In this document: positions 16,884-26,253 of the stretch, in pieces
Layout: each line of letters starts with the position of its first letter
Numbering within the stretch: the stretch's first letter is position 1
Source of the DNA: Candidatus Cloacimonadota bacterium
GTDB lineage: Bacteria > Cloacimonadota > Cloacimonadia > Cloacimonadales > WRIO01
Length of the DNA: 41,801 nucleotides
Assembly: GCA_029564175.1 (NCBI GenBank)
Contig: JAKQQL010000493.1
Span: forward strand, 1 to 41,801
Direction of reading: 5' to 3'
The notes under the pieces: model-generated
The model's database searches: none
Told to the model about the DNA's origin: nothing
What the model saw: only the letters and a program-made list of their open reading frames with translations
Position numbers and translations under genes: made by a program

Positions 16884-19346
16884 ATGGAAAATCGTCCGTG
16901 CCGATTCCGACAATATCCTGTATTATTTCTTTTTGTTTTTTTATTGATTATTTTCCCTTTATTTTCCGAAGAAAAAATCATATTAAAAGTCTTTGAATTA
17001 CCTGATCCCCAAAAAACAGATGCCTACACTAAAGCCAACAGTAATGTCGTTAAAGCTTTCAGGGAAAAATATCCCCATATCGAGTTAAGAGCTTTTTCCG
17101 GAATAAAAATAGAGAATATGGATCTGGATTCCGGTCCTCTGATGGCAATTGCCGGCGGTGTAGCGCCTGATATTATTTATGTCAACTTCAGGCAAAGTGA
17201 TACCTACATTCAAAACAATTTCCTCTATCCTCTCGATGAATTTATTGCCAGAGAAAGCAATGAAGTAATGAATCTGAGAGTGGAAAAGCCAGTCTGGCAG
17301 GTGATTAAGCGTAAGAAAAAAGGGGAAGACCAGGAAAAAGTCTGGATGTTGCCTTATGAAACGCTTGTCCGCGTATTGATGTACCGTAAGGATGCCTTTA
17401 AAAAAGCTGGTCTTGACCCGAATCAGGCACCAAGGAATTGGGATGAGTTCAGAAATTATGCCAGAATACTCAGCAATCCCTCTGCTAATCAGTTTGGAAC
17501 TGTTTTAGCCGGTGGTCCTCAGGCTGCTTATGACTGGTTGCCGTTTTTATGGGCATCCGGAGGCGATGCAGTCGTTTTTGATGAGCAAAAGCAGGTATGG
17601 AAAGCTTCTTTTGCTAGTGAAGCCGGCGTAACCGCAATGGAATACTATCTGAGTTTACTCACTCAAAAGTGGAAAGATAAAAACGGAAAAACGCAAAAAG
17701 GCTTTGCCATGCGTGAAGGCGACTGGGGATATTTGTGGGAAGAAGGCAAAATCGGTATGAGAATGGATTATCTGTCTCAGCAGAATATGGGGGGGAAGTA
17801 TGATCCCAATCTGTTTGGTTTTGCACCAAGCCCTGCCGGTCCTTCCGGTGCCGGCGGCAGTGAAATCAATTGCCGGATGATGGGGATTTTTTCTCAGGCA
17901 GGTATCAGCAACAATGCCGGACTTGGCAACAGAGATCCGGTTAAAGTCAGAGAAGCTGCCTGGCAGTATATCCGCTTTTTTGACAGTGAAGAAGCACGAA
18001 AAATCAGATTGAAAGTCATGATAGAAAACGGCTATGGCAAAATGCAAAATCCGGTTTTTTTAAAACGATATGGTTATGAAGATTATTTAAAATATGCCCC
18101 TCAGGGCTGGCTGGAAACTTTTGAAAAAGCAATGAATGAAGGTAATCCTGAACCGTTTGGTGATAACTGTCAGAAGGTTTACGAGTTTATGACTTATCCG
18201 TTGGATGAACTGGTTAATCTGGATATGAAGGGTAAGCTGGGCACTCATCCGGCAGAAAGACGAAAGAAGATCGCAGCAGTTTTAAAGAAAGCTGAAGAAC
18301 GAACCAATATTGAAATGATAGGCACATTACCAGATAATGTTAAAAGCAAAAGACAAAGGCTTGCCTCTGTGATCGCTGCTTTAATACTTTTTCTTTTTGC
18401 TTTAACGCTTTGGAAAGTTTGGCGTATTCTGGCACCTGAGCAGAAACATCAGGAGAGTAAAAAAACTAAACATCTGATCATGATATTACTCTTACTGGCA
18501 CCGGCTGTTATTAGTATTTTTGTCTGGAAATATGTGCCGATGATAACCGGTTCTCTGATGGCAGTTCAAGATTTTAAACTGGTTGGCGACAGTCCTTTTA
18601 CCGGATTTGCCAATTTGGCAGAAGTGTTGTTTGATCAGACCTGGTGGTCAAGTGTCGGAAAAACATTATATTATATGCTCTTAAGTCTTGGTCTTGGTTT
18701 TTTACCACCGATATTCTTAGCCATTTTATTACAGGAAGTCTCAAAAGGTAAAGTGATTTATCGTGTGATTTATTATCTGCCGGCTGTCATCAGCGGTGTG
18801 ATTGTGATATATTTATGGAAACTCCTTTATAATCCGACTGAAAGCGGTATTTTAAATCAGTTGCTTATGGCTATTGCTTTACCTAAGAGTATGTGGATTA
18901 AAGATGAAAGTCTTGCCATGCTCTGTGTGATTTTACCAGGTATTTGGGCTGGTATCGGACCAGGCAGTCTGATTTATCTGGCTGCTCTGAAAAATATTCC
19001 GAATGAATTGTATGAGGCTGCTGATCTGGACGGTGCCGGATTTGTACAAAAGATCAGGCATATTGTATTCCCCAGTCTGAAAGGTTTGATCATTATTCAG
19101 TTTATTGCAGCCTTTATTGTGGCAGCACAGACCAGCGATTTTATACTGGTAATGACCTTTGGCGGACCTAATGAAGCCACACGCGTGGCAGATTTGTTGA
19201 TTTTTGAAAAAGCGTATCTGTATCTGAAGTTTGGTTTGGCAACTACGATGGCATGGCTTTTGAGTATTATGATGATGGGCTTTACCGTGATTCAGATTAA
19301 ATATATCTCCAAAATGGAATTCAGCACAGCAAAAGAGGATAAGTAA
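16884..19346 (+). CDS. Sugar ABC transporter: substrate-binding domain fused to MalF/UgpA-type permease
   Basis: Signal peptide; SBP family 1 motifs (IAGGVAPDI, MYRKDAFKKAGL..P.NWDEF); C-terminal TMs with EAA loop LYEAADLDGA. Confidence 0.85.
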   Translation: MENRPCRFRQYPVLFLFVFLLIIFPLFSEEKIILKVFELPDPQKTDAYTKANSNVVKAFREKYPHIELRAFSGIKIENMDLDSGPLMAIAGGVAPDIIYVNFRQSDTYIQNNFLYPLDEFIARESNEVMNLRVEKPVWQVIKRKKKGEDQEKVWMLPYETLVRVLMYRKDAFKKAGLDPNQAPRNWDEFRNYARILSNPSANQFGTVLAGGPQAAYDWLPFLWASGGDAVVFDEQKQVWKASFASEAGVTAMEYYLSLLTQKWKDKNGKTQKGFAMREGDWGYLWEEGKIGMRMDYLSQQNMGGKYDPNLFGFAPSPAGPSGAGGSEINCRMMGIFSQAGISNNAGLGNRDPVKVREAAWQYIRFFDSEEARKIRLKVMIENGYGKMQNPVFLKRYGYEDYLKYAPQGWLETFEKAMNEGNPEPFGDNCQKVYEFMTYPLDELVNLDMKGKLGTHPAERRKKIAAVLKKAEERTNIEMIGTLPDNVKSKRQRLASVIAALILFLFALTLWKVWRILAPEQKHQESKKTKHLIMILLLLAPAVISIFVWKYVPMITGSLMAVQDFKLVGDSPFTGFANLAEVLFDQTWWSSVGKTLYYMLLSLGLGFLPPIFLAILLQEVSKGKVIYRVIYYLPAVISGVIVIYLWKLLYNPTESGILNQLLMAIALPKSMWIKDESLAMLCVILPGIWAGIGPGSLIYLAALKNIPNELYEAADLDGAGFVQKIRHIVFPSLKGLIIIQFIAAFIVAAQTSDFILVMTFGGPNEATRVADLLIFEKAYLYLKFGLATTMAWLLSIMMMGFTVIQIKYISKMEFSTAKEDK

Positions 19347-19398
19347 GATGGGTAATCTTATTGTAGGACAAGCTGCCAGCGTGTCTAAAGTAATTCTC

Positions 19399-19450
19399 TC
19401 GCAAGCTGGAAGCTTACGGTACAACAATTCGCAAGCTGGAAGCTTACGGT
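19399..19450. repeat. Tandem REP-like units TCGCAAGCTGGAAGCTTACGGT (period 30 bp)
   Basis: Two identical 22-mers at 19399 and 19429. Confidence 0.85.
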
Positions 19451-19638
19451 TAATGTCATTAAGTAAAGGAATTATAATCACGAACCAGATTAAAAGTAGT
19501 GGTAGGGATGAACGCGTCCGAATATCTTTGCCGGTAATTATTGCGGATTTACGGCATTCCACTTCGCTCCATTTCGTAAATCCCTACAAATTTTTTACAT
19601 ATTTATCAAAACCAGTTCTTCTTAACTTATTGACATTG
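19451..19638. mobile_element. MITE-like element with IS4-family-like terminal inverted repeats and internal GTAG REP doublet
   Basis: TAATGTCATTAAGTAAAG ... CTTAACTTATTGACATTG imperfect TIRs; internal GTAGGGA...TCCCTAC. Confidence 0.6.
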
Positions 19639-19664
19639 AGTTCGCAGTACGAAAAGGATATAAA

Positions 19665-21539
19665 ATGAGTATAATCAGTAAAGTCGGTCAAAAATCAGGT
19701 AAAATTCGTATTTTAAACAGTTTAATCCATATTGTATTGTTACTGGGTGCTTTAACCATGATATACCCATTTCTACTGATGATTTCCTTTTCTTTCAAGA
19801 GTGCTGTGGATAGTACCAATCTGAAGTTAATACCGCCTTTTCTTTATCAAGAGGAAGCGCTTTTTAAAAAGTACATGGAAAGCCGATACAATGAAGAAAG
19901 CAGTCGTCTAATGGATAATTATCCTGGCTCGTGGATTTCATTTGCTGAAGTAACAATACCCAAGGATTTTAATAAACAGTTAACGAAAGATTTTCAGCAG
20001 TTCTTAACAGATAATCAAAATCAGATTGATGTCTATGATTACTGTCTGGCTGAACATTACGGACGAGGGGTTTATCCTTATGCCCAGCGTTTATACCGGA
20101 AAGAACTGAGAAAAGAAAATCATAACAGTCTGGTTGAATTTAATAATCGTTACAATGCGGGAGCAATGAGCTGGGCAGAAATAGTTGTAGAAGAGAAGGA
20201 TCTTTTTAGTCGAAATTTTGTCAGTTCCAAAGAAGGCTATTTAGGTCGTTTTCGCCAGTTTAAAGAAAACAGTCCGGAATGGATGCGTTATTATGTAAGT
20301 CCGGACGGACATTTTGTGAACAACCTGCTTATCCCTGCTTTTGGCGGAAATCTGGATAAATTGAATAAGCAATTTCAAACCAATTACCAAAGCTGGCAGG
20401 ATATCCGACTTAGCACTAACTGCCCTGATATAAATGACCCTTTGTATTCCTACTGGCTTCACTATGCCCGTGATATCATCAATGTTCATCATCTGAGTCT
20501 GAAAAAAGAAGCAGAGTCAGATTATCAGCAGATGCTCAAAGAAAAGTATGCGCTTATTGAAACGTTGAATAAGACCTGGAATAGCCAATACAAAAGCTTT
20601 CAAGAGGTAAAAATACCTGAGAAGATGCCTGATACTGGTGCCATGGTGGAAGATCTGACTTTTTTCATACAAAACATTGCCAAACCGGAGCATATTATCA
20701 TCAGTAGTATTGCCAATGATTTCAGAAACTGGCTGAAAAATAAATATCAGGATATTCATACATTGAATCAGTCTTATCAGCAAAATTATCAGTCTTTTTA
20801 TCAGATTGCCTTTCCGGTTACCGAGCTCGATTACGCTCATTTTAAACTGAGAAAATCAGCAATCAGAAAAGAATTTTTATGGCGTAACTATGCCATGGCA
20901 TTAGACCAGATGCTGGCAGATGCCAAGTCATTGAGAAATACAGGGATATATGTCTTTCTCTCTATTTTAATGGCAATTACGGTTAATCCTCTGGCTGCTT
21001 ATGCGCTCAGTCGTTTTAAACCCAAATTTTCATATCAGCTGATATTGCTCTTTATGCTGACAATGGCTTTTCCGGCAATGGTGATGGGCATTCCCAATTT
21101 CCTGATGCTGAAAAAACTCAATCTGTTAAATACTTTCTGGGCATTGGTCTTACCCGCAGCTGCAGACGGTTATTTTATCTTTTTGTTAAAAGGCTTTTTT
21201 GACAGTTTACCACGTGAACTATATGAGAGTGCCAGTCTGGATGGGGCAGGTGAATTCAGATTGTTCTGGCAGTTTACACTTTATCTGAGTAAGCCTATTT
21301 TGGCAGTCATTGCACTGGGAGCCTTTAATGCCGCTTACCGCAATTTCCTTTTTGCCTTTATTGTCTGTCAGGATCAATCCATGTGGACTTTAATGGTACA
21401 TATTTATAACCTGATGCAAAGAGCCAGCAGTGGAGTTGGTTATGCCGCTCTGGTCATTGCGGCAATACCTACTTTACTGGTATTTATCTTCTTTCAGAAT
21501 ATCATTATCAAAGGGATTGTTGTCCCTATGGAAAAATAA
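19665..21539 (+). CDS. Sugar ABC transporter MalG/UgpE-type permease with large extracytoplasmic repeat insert
   Basis: IYPFLLMISFSFK N-terminus; AAYALSR; EAA loop LYESASLDGA; insert with repeated WLKxKY..LN..Y.SF units. Confidence 0.85.
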   Translation: MSIISKVGQKSGKIRILNSLIHIVLLLGALTMIYPFLLMISFSFKSAVDSTNLKLIPPFLYQEEALFKKYMESRYNEESSRLMDNYPGSWISFAEVTIPKDFNKQLTKDFQQFLTDNQNQIDVYDYCLAEHYGRGVYPYAQRLYRKELRKENHNSLVEFNNRYNAGAMSWAEIVVEEKDLFSRNFVSSKEGYLGRFRQFKENSPEWMRYYVSPDGHFVNNLLIPAFGGNLDKLNKQFQTNYQSWQDIRLSTNCPDINDPLYSYWLHYARDIINVHHLSLKKEAESDYQQMLKEKYALIETLNKTWNSQYKSFQEVKIPEKMPDTGAMVEDLTFFIQNIAKPEHIIISSIANDFRNWLKNKYQDIHTLNQSYQQNYQSFYQIAFPVTELDYAHFKLRKSAIRKEFLWRNYAMALDQMLADAKSLRNTGIYVFLSILMAITVNPLAAYALSRFKPKFSYQLILLFMLTMAFPAMVMGIPNFLMLKKLNLLNTFWALVLPAAADGYFIFLLKGFFDSLPRELYESASLDGAGEFRLFWQFTLYLSKPILAVIALGAFNAAYRNFLFAFIVCQDQSMWTLMVHIYNLMQRASSGVGYAALVIAAIPTLLVFIFFQNIIIKGIVVPMEK

Positions 21540-21560
21540 AATCTTTTACAGGAGTATCTT

Positions 21561-24500
21561 ATGGAAAATCCGAAAATATACTATGAACGTATTAAACGCC
21601 TTTACGACCGTATCGGCAAAGAAATCTATCCCCAGTCTCATCCCCTTAGTGTAAAATTTACTCACGATGAAATCAATCCTATTCCTCAAACTGAACTCAA
21701 TCAGCGGGATTGGAAAAATATCAAAACCAAAGAACAATGGGCAAAAACCTGGGCTTGTGCCTGGTTTATTTTTGAAGGAGAAGTCCCTGCAGACTTTCAG
21801 GGGAAAGAAGTTGGAGTCTATATTGATGTTCAGGGTGAAGCCTGTATCTTTAAAAACATTGATTCCGAATCTCCCAATTCATTTAACTTAAACCAGCCGC
21901 TTACCCCCTATGCCGGATTGACTAACAAAATCGACTGGAGTTTACAGTCAGGAAAATTCTACCTGCCTCTATTTAAAGCAGCCAAGGGTGGAGAAAATAT
22001 TTCATTGTTGGCAGAAGCCGGAGCCAATGGTCTCTTTGGAAAAGATAAAGACGATTATTTACTGGAAAGGGCTGATATTGTTGTTTTTGATCGTATGAAA
22101 TACCAACTGTTTATGGATTTAAAAGTCTTGATTTCCTTGTATGAAAATCTTGAAGAAAACGCTGTTCGTAAAAAAAGAATACTCTTTGCCCTTAATCAGG
22201 TGGCAAATACCTATCAAAATGGCAAAGGGATCGAAGAATGCCTGAATATCTGTAAAGCTGTTTTAAGTGTTCCTGCAGTACCCAGTGCCTTGAATGCCTG
22301 GTCTATCGGCCATGCCCATATTGATCTGGCATGGCTGTGGCCTATTCGTGAAACCAAGCGTAAAGCATCCCGTACCTTTTCAACTGTGATGCGGATGTTG
22401 GAAGAATATCCTGATTATACATTTGGTGCTTCACAAGCTCAACTATACCAGTGGACAAAAGAAAATTATCCCCATCTTTACAAAGAAATCAAAGAAGCGG
22501 TAAAAAATGGTCGATGGGAAGTACAGGGAGCCACCTGGGTGGAAAACGATACTAATATGCCTTCCGGTGAGTCATTGGTCAGACAATGTGTTTATGGGAA
22601 ACGCTTCTTCAAAGAGGAATTTGATAAAGAAGTGGATTTTCTCTTTTTACCGGATTGTTTTGGATTTACCGGTTCATTGCCACAGATATTAAAACAGGCA
22701 GGTGTGAATTATTTCATTTCCCAGAAATTGTCATGGAATGACACCAATCCTTTCCCTCATCATAGTTTTATTTGGGAAGGAATAGACGGTTCTGAAGTAA
22801 AGACTCATTTTCTGCCAACCAATGATTATAACTTCTGTAATCTGCCTGGTGAATTTATTAAAACAGAAAAACGCTTTCAACAAGCTGATATCTGTGATGA
22901 TTTTCTAAATCTCTATGGTATCGGTGATGGCGGTGGCGGTCCTTCTCAGGAACATATTGAGTTATGTCTGAGACAGCAGAATTGTGAAGGCCTGCCAAAG
23001 GTTAAATTTGCCTTTGCCAGAGATTTTCTCGATACGCTTGATGAAAAATCAGATCTGCTTCCTATCTGGAAAGGAGAACTATACTTTGAATTGCACCGAG
23101 GTACCTATACCACTCAGGGACTTATGAAAAAGAATAACCGCAAACTGGAACAGCGTCTGCAACAACTGGAATTTGTCAGTGCCGTTTTAGGTGTTGATAA
23201 ACAAAAAGAAATCGAATCAATCTGGAAAGACACCCTTTTAAACCAGTTTCATGACATAATCCCTGGTTCTTCTATCGGCTGGGTATATAAAGATGCGCAT
23301 CAATTGTCTGATAATAACCTTGAACTGTGTAATCAAATTGAGTCAGATATGATTTATTCTGTTTTCAAAAAAGGGGATAATGCTTATCTGATTATGAATA
23401 ATCAGTCATGGAGACGAAGAGAACTCATAGAAATAGATTCTGAAAAACCAGCAAAATTCTTTGATGATCAGGGAAATGAGATCCCTTCATTCTGGTCAGA
23501 CGGAAAAATACAAATCCTTCTGGAATGTCCGCCAATGGGATACCGAATCATTCATAAAAAAGAATGCACTGCCTTGAATTGCTCTGATAATCAGCCTGTT
23601 TTAAACTGTCTGGAAAATAATTACCTGATTGTTGAGTTGGATGAACAGGGCTGTATCAGTCGTATTTATGATAAAGAAGTAAAAAGAGAAGTGTTAAAAG
23701 GGCAGGCAAATCAATTAAAAATGTGGGAAGATTTACCAAATAACTGGGGTGCATGGGATGTAAATCATTTCTACCGTGAAACAGATCCTGAAATGCCTGT
23801 ATTAACCGAGAGAACTGTTATTGAGGATTCACCTTTGGTAAAACGTATTAAACAATGCTTTACAGTTGGTCAATCCACTATTACACAGATTATCTCACTT
23901 AAGAGTCAGTCAAAATTAATACAGATAGATAATGAAATTGACTGGAAAGAAAAACATAAAATGCTCAGGGTTGCTTTAGAAAGTAATCTGCACAGTTTAC
24001 ATTCAAATGCAGAAGTTCAGTTTGGCTTGGTTCAGCGTCCAACTCATCAGAATACTTCATGGGATTCTGCTAAGTATGAGATTCTGGCGCATCGCTTTAT
24101 TGATTTATCTCAGCCTGATTATGGTCTGGCAGTAATGAATGACTGTAAATATGGGCATTCTGTTCAAGGGGGAACGATTGAAATCAACCTGCTCAGAAGT
24201 CCTGCGGATGTGGATCCAGAAGCAGATATTCATGTGCATCATTTTACTTATGCCTATTATCCGCATATTGGAGATTTACAAAAATCAGACACATTGCAAA
24301 AAGCTCACAATTTAAATTCTCCGTTGCTTGTTTATCCGATAGAAACTAATAACACATTAGAAGATACCTGCTTTGTCTATCTTGACGGACGACATGTAAA
24401 AATTGATACTATTAAAAACAGTGATTTTGATAAAAACACACTGATTTTACGCTGTTATGAGACAATGGGAAGCTGTTCTTCTGTCACCATAAAATACCAG

Positions 24501-24632
24501 ATGGATATCCAGTCGGTTCATCTCTGTAATTTGCTGGAAGAAACTATTCAAGAACTGCCATTTGAAAACAGACAAATATCATTGTCATTTAAACCATTTG
24601 AAATTAAAACCTTAAAAATCAGGAAAGGCTGA
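21561..24632 (+). CDS. Alpha-mannosidase, GH38
   Basis: GHAHIDLAWLW, LPDCFG, GIGDGGGGP, GELYFELHRGTYT, NQFHDIIPGS. Confidence 0.92.
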   Translation: MENPKIYYERIKRLYDRIGKEIYPQSHPLSVKFTHDEINPIPQTELNQRDWKNIKTKEQWAKTWACAWFIFEGEVPADFQGKEVGVYIDVQGEACIFKNIDSESPNSFNLNQPLTPYAGLTNKIDWSLQSGKFYLPLFKAAKGGENISLLAEAGANGLFGKDKDDYLLERADIVVFDRMKYQLFMDLKVLISLYENLEENAVRKKRILFALNQVANTYQNGKGIEECLNICKAVLSVPAVPSALNAWSIGHAHIDLAWLWPIRETKRKASRTFSTVMRMLEEYPDYTFGASQAQLYQWTKENYPHLYKEIKEAVKNGRWEVQGATWVENDTNMPSGESLVRQCVYGKRFFKEEFDKEVDFLFLPDCFGFTGSLPQILKQAGVNYFISQKLSWNDTNPFPHHSFIWEGIDGSEVKTHFLPTNDYNFCNLPGEFIKTEKRFQQADICDDFLNLYGIGDGGGGPSQEHIELCLRQQNCEGLPKVKFAFARDFLDTLDEKSDLLPIWKGELYFELHRGTYTTQGLMKKNNRKLEQRLQQLEFVSAVLGVDKQKEIESIWKDTLLNQFHDIIPGSSIGWVYKDAHQLSDNNLELCNQIESDMIYSVFKKGDNAYLIMNNQSWRRRELIEIDSEKPAKFFDDQGNEIPSFWSDGKIQILLECPPMGYRIIHKKECTALNCSDNQPVLNCLENNYLIVELDEQGCISRIYDKEVKREVLKGQANQLKMWEDLPNNWGAWDVNHFYRETDPEMPVLTERTVIEDSPLVKRIKQCFTVGQSTITQIISLKSQSKLIQIDNEIDWKEKHKMLRVALESNLHSLHSNAEVQFGLVQRPTHQNTSWDSAKYEILAHRFIDLSQPDYGLAVMNDCKYGHSVQGGTIEINLLRSPADVDPEADIHVHHFTYAYYPHIGDLQKSDTLQKAHNLNSPLLVYPIETNNTLEDTCFVYLDGRHVKIDTIKNSDFDKNTLILRCYETMGSCSSVTIKYQMDIQSVHLCNLLEETIQELPFENRQISLSFKPFEIKTLKIRKG

Positions 24633-24636
24633 TCTC

Positions 24637-26145
24637 ATGAAATTATCTCTGATACCTCGTCCAATGGTTACCGATATCTTTGAAGAAGAAGAAAGCGGTA
24701 TTTTGTCTATCAGTGAAAACTTTGCAATCACTCCGGCAAAAAAGCTGGAAAAATATGTTTTACTCATTCAAAGAGATATTTTAGATATTCTAAACATGGA
24801 TGTTCATATTAAAAAAGATGATTCAACCGAAAACCTGTTTATCAATATTAATCCGGCAGAATTTATTGAAGCGCAATCTTATCGCATCGTAATCGATGAG
24901 AATGGTATCGAATTGTGTGGAGCAGACGAAACAGGCCTCTTTTACGCAATTCAAACCTTTAAGCAGTTATTGCTAATCTACGGCAAGAATCTGCAGTATA
25001 TGGAAATAGAGGATGAACCAGGTTATTCATGGCGTGGACTTCATATAGATGTCAGCAGACATTTTTTCCCGATTTCATTTTTAAAGAAGATTGTCAATAT
25101 GATGGCTTTGTTAAAATTAAATCGTTTTCACTGGCATCTGACTGATGATCAGGGTTGGCGGATTGAAAGTTTTAAATTTCCAAATCTTCATGAGACCGGT
25201 TCCTGCAGAAATGAAGAAGGACAGCAAAAGGCTCAATACTATACTCAGGCAGAAATCAGAGATTTTGTTAAGTATGCCGAAGAGCGTTTTATAGAAGTAG
25301 TTCCGGAGATTGATATGCCTGGTCATACTCAGGCAATGCTGGCATCCTATCCGCATTTATCTTGTAGTGGTGAAGTTGTGCAGGTATGGGATAAATGGGG
25401 TGTTTCAGAACAAGTCTTATGTTTAGGTAAGGAGAGTACTTATCAGTTTGTGGAAGAACTGCTTGAAGAAGTAATCCCTCTGTTTAGCAGTCCATACTTT
25501 CATATCGGAGGGGATGAATGTCCGGAAACAGAATGGATAAAATGTCCTCATTGCCAGAAGAAAATAGAAGAGTTGGGATTAGACAGATTCAGATCTTTAC
25601 AGCACCACTTTACTCATTTTCTCGGCAAGATCCTAAAAAAACATAGTAAACAGCTGATCGGCTGGGATGAAATTATTGAAGGAGAACTTCCTGATAATGC
25701 CATCGTCATGTCATGGCGTGGAGATGCTATTGATGGTGCATTATTTGCAATGAAACAGAACAGACCGGTCATTTTTACGCCGAACACTTCATATTACTTT
25801 GACTGGAAACAAACTATTTTGGCTGATGAACAAGGTGCTTTTGGTGTTACCAGCCTTAAACGGGTCTTTGATTACAAACCCTTGAAAATGCTTTTACAAA
25901 AAACTGATATTATCTCAGAACAGCTGGAAGAACTGATTATGGGTATCCAGGCAAATGTCTGGACTGAATACATTCATAATGAAAAAGAGCTTGAGTATAT
26001 GCTGTATCCCAGATTACTTGCTATCGCAGAGCAAGCATGGCAAAAAGGGAATAATGAGGACTTTGAAGAATTTCATAAAAGAGTGAACACCTTCAAGAAC
26101 ATGGTGATGGATTTCTATGAGGTTAATTATTGTAAAAAAGTTTGA
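24637..26145 (+). CDS. Beta-N-acetylhexosaminidase, GH20
   Basis: WRGLHIDVSRHF, HWHLTDDQGWR, PEIDMPGH, HIGGDE, ANVWTEY, YPR. Confidence 0.92.
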   Translation: MKLSLIPRPMVTDIFEEEESGILSISENFAITPAKKLEKYVLLIQRDILDILNMDVHIKKDDSTENLFININPAEFIEAQSYRIVIDENGIELCGADETGLFYAIQTFKQLLLIYGKNLQYMEIEDEPGYSWRGLHIDVSRHFFPISFLKKIVNMMALLKLNRFHWHLTDDQGWRIESFKFPNLHETGSCRNEEGQQKAQYYTQAEIRDFVKYAEERFIEVVPEIDMPGHTQAMLASYPHLSCSGEVVQVWDKWGVSEQVLCLGKESTYQFVEELLEEVIPLFSSPYFHIGGDECPETEWIKCPHCQKKIEELGLDRFRSLQHHFTHFLGKILKKHSKQLIGWDEIIEGELPDNAIVMSWRGDAIDGALFAMKQNRPVIFTPNTSYYFDWKQTILADEQGAFGVTSLKRVFDYKPLKMLLQKTDIISEQLEELIMGIQANVWTEYIHNEKELEYMLYPRLLAIAEQAWQKGNNEDFEEFHKRVNTFKNMVMDFYEVNYCKKV

Positions 26146-26205
26146 ATAAGCAGTTCTTTATCCATACAAAGCAAAGCTCTTTATTCTATATGGTTACTTT
26201 CCTGC

Positions 26206-26233
26206 TTGACAAAGTCACTGCATTATGCAAAAT
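26206..26233 (+). promoter_or_regulatory. Sigma70-type promoter
   Basis: TTGACA-N16-CAAAAT. Confidence 0.5.
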
Positions 26234-26253
26234 ATGAAAAAAAGGAGTGGATG

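Noticed and set aside
19399..19450. Possible mini-CRISPR
   Set aside because: Only two units with an 8-bp spacer, no cas genes, and the unit belongs to a REP-like family
19348..19668. 106-aa ORF bridging the two permease genes
   Set aside because: Composed of REP/MITE sequence; the downstream gene has its own RBS; probably a chance open frame
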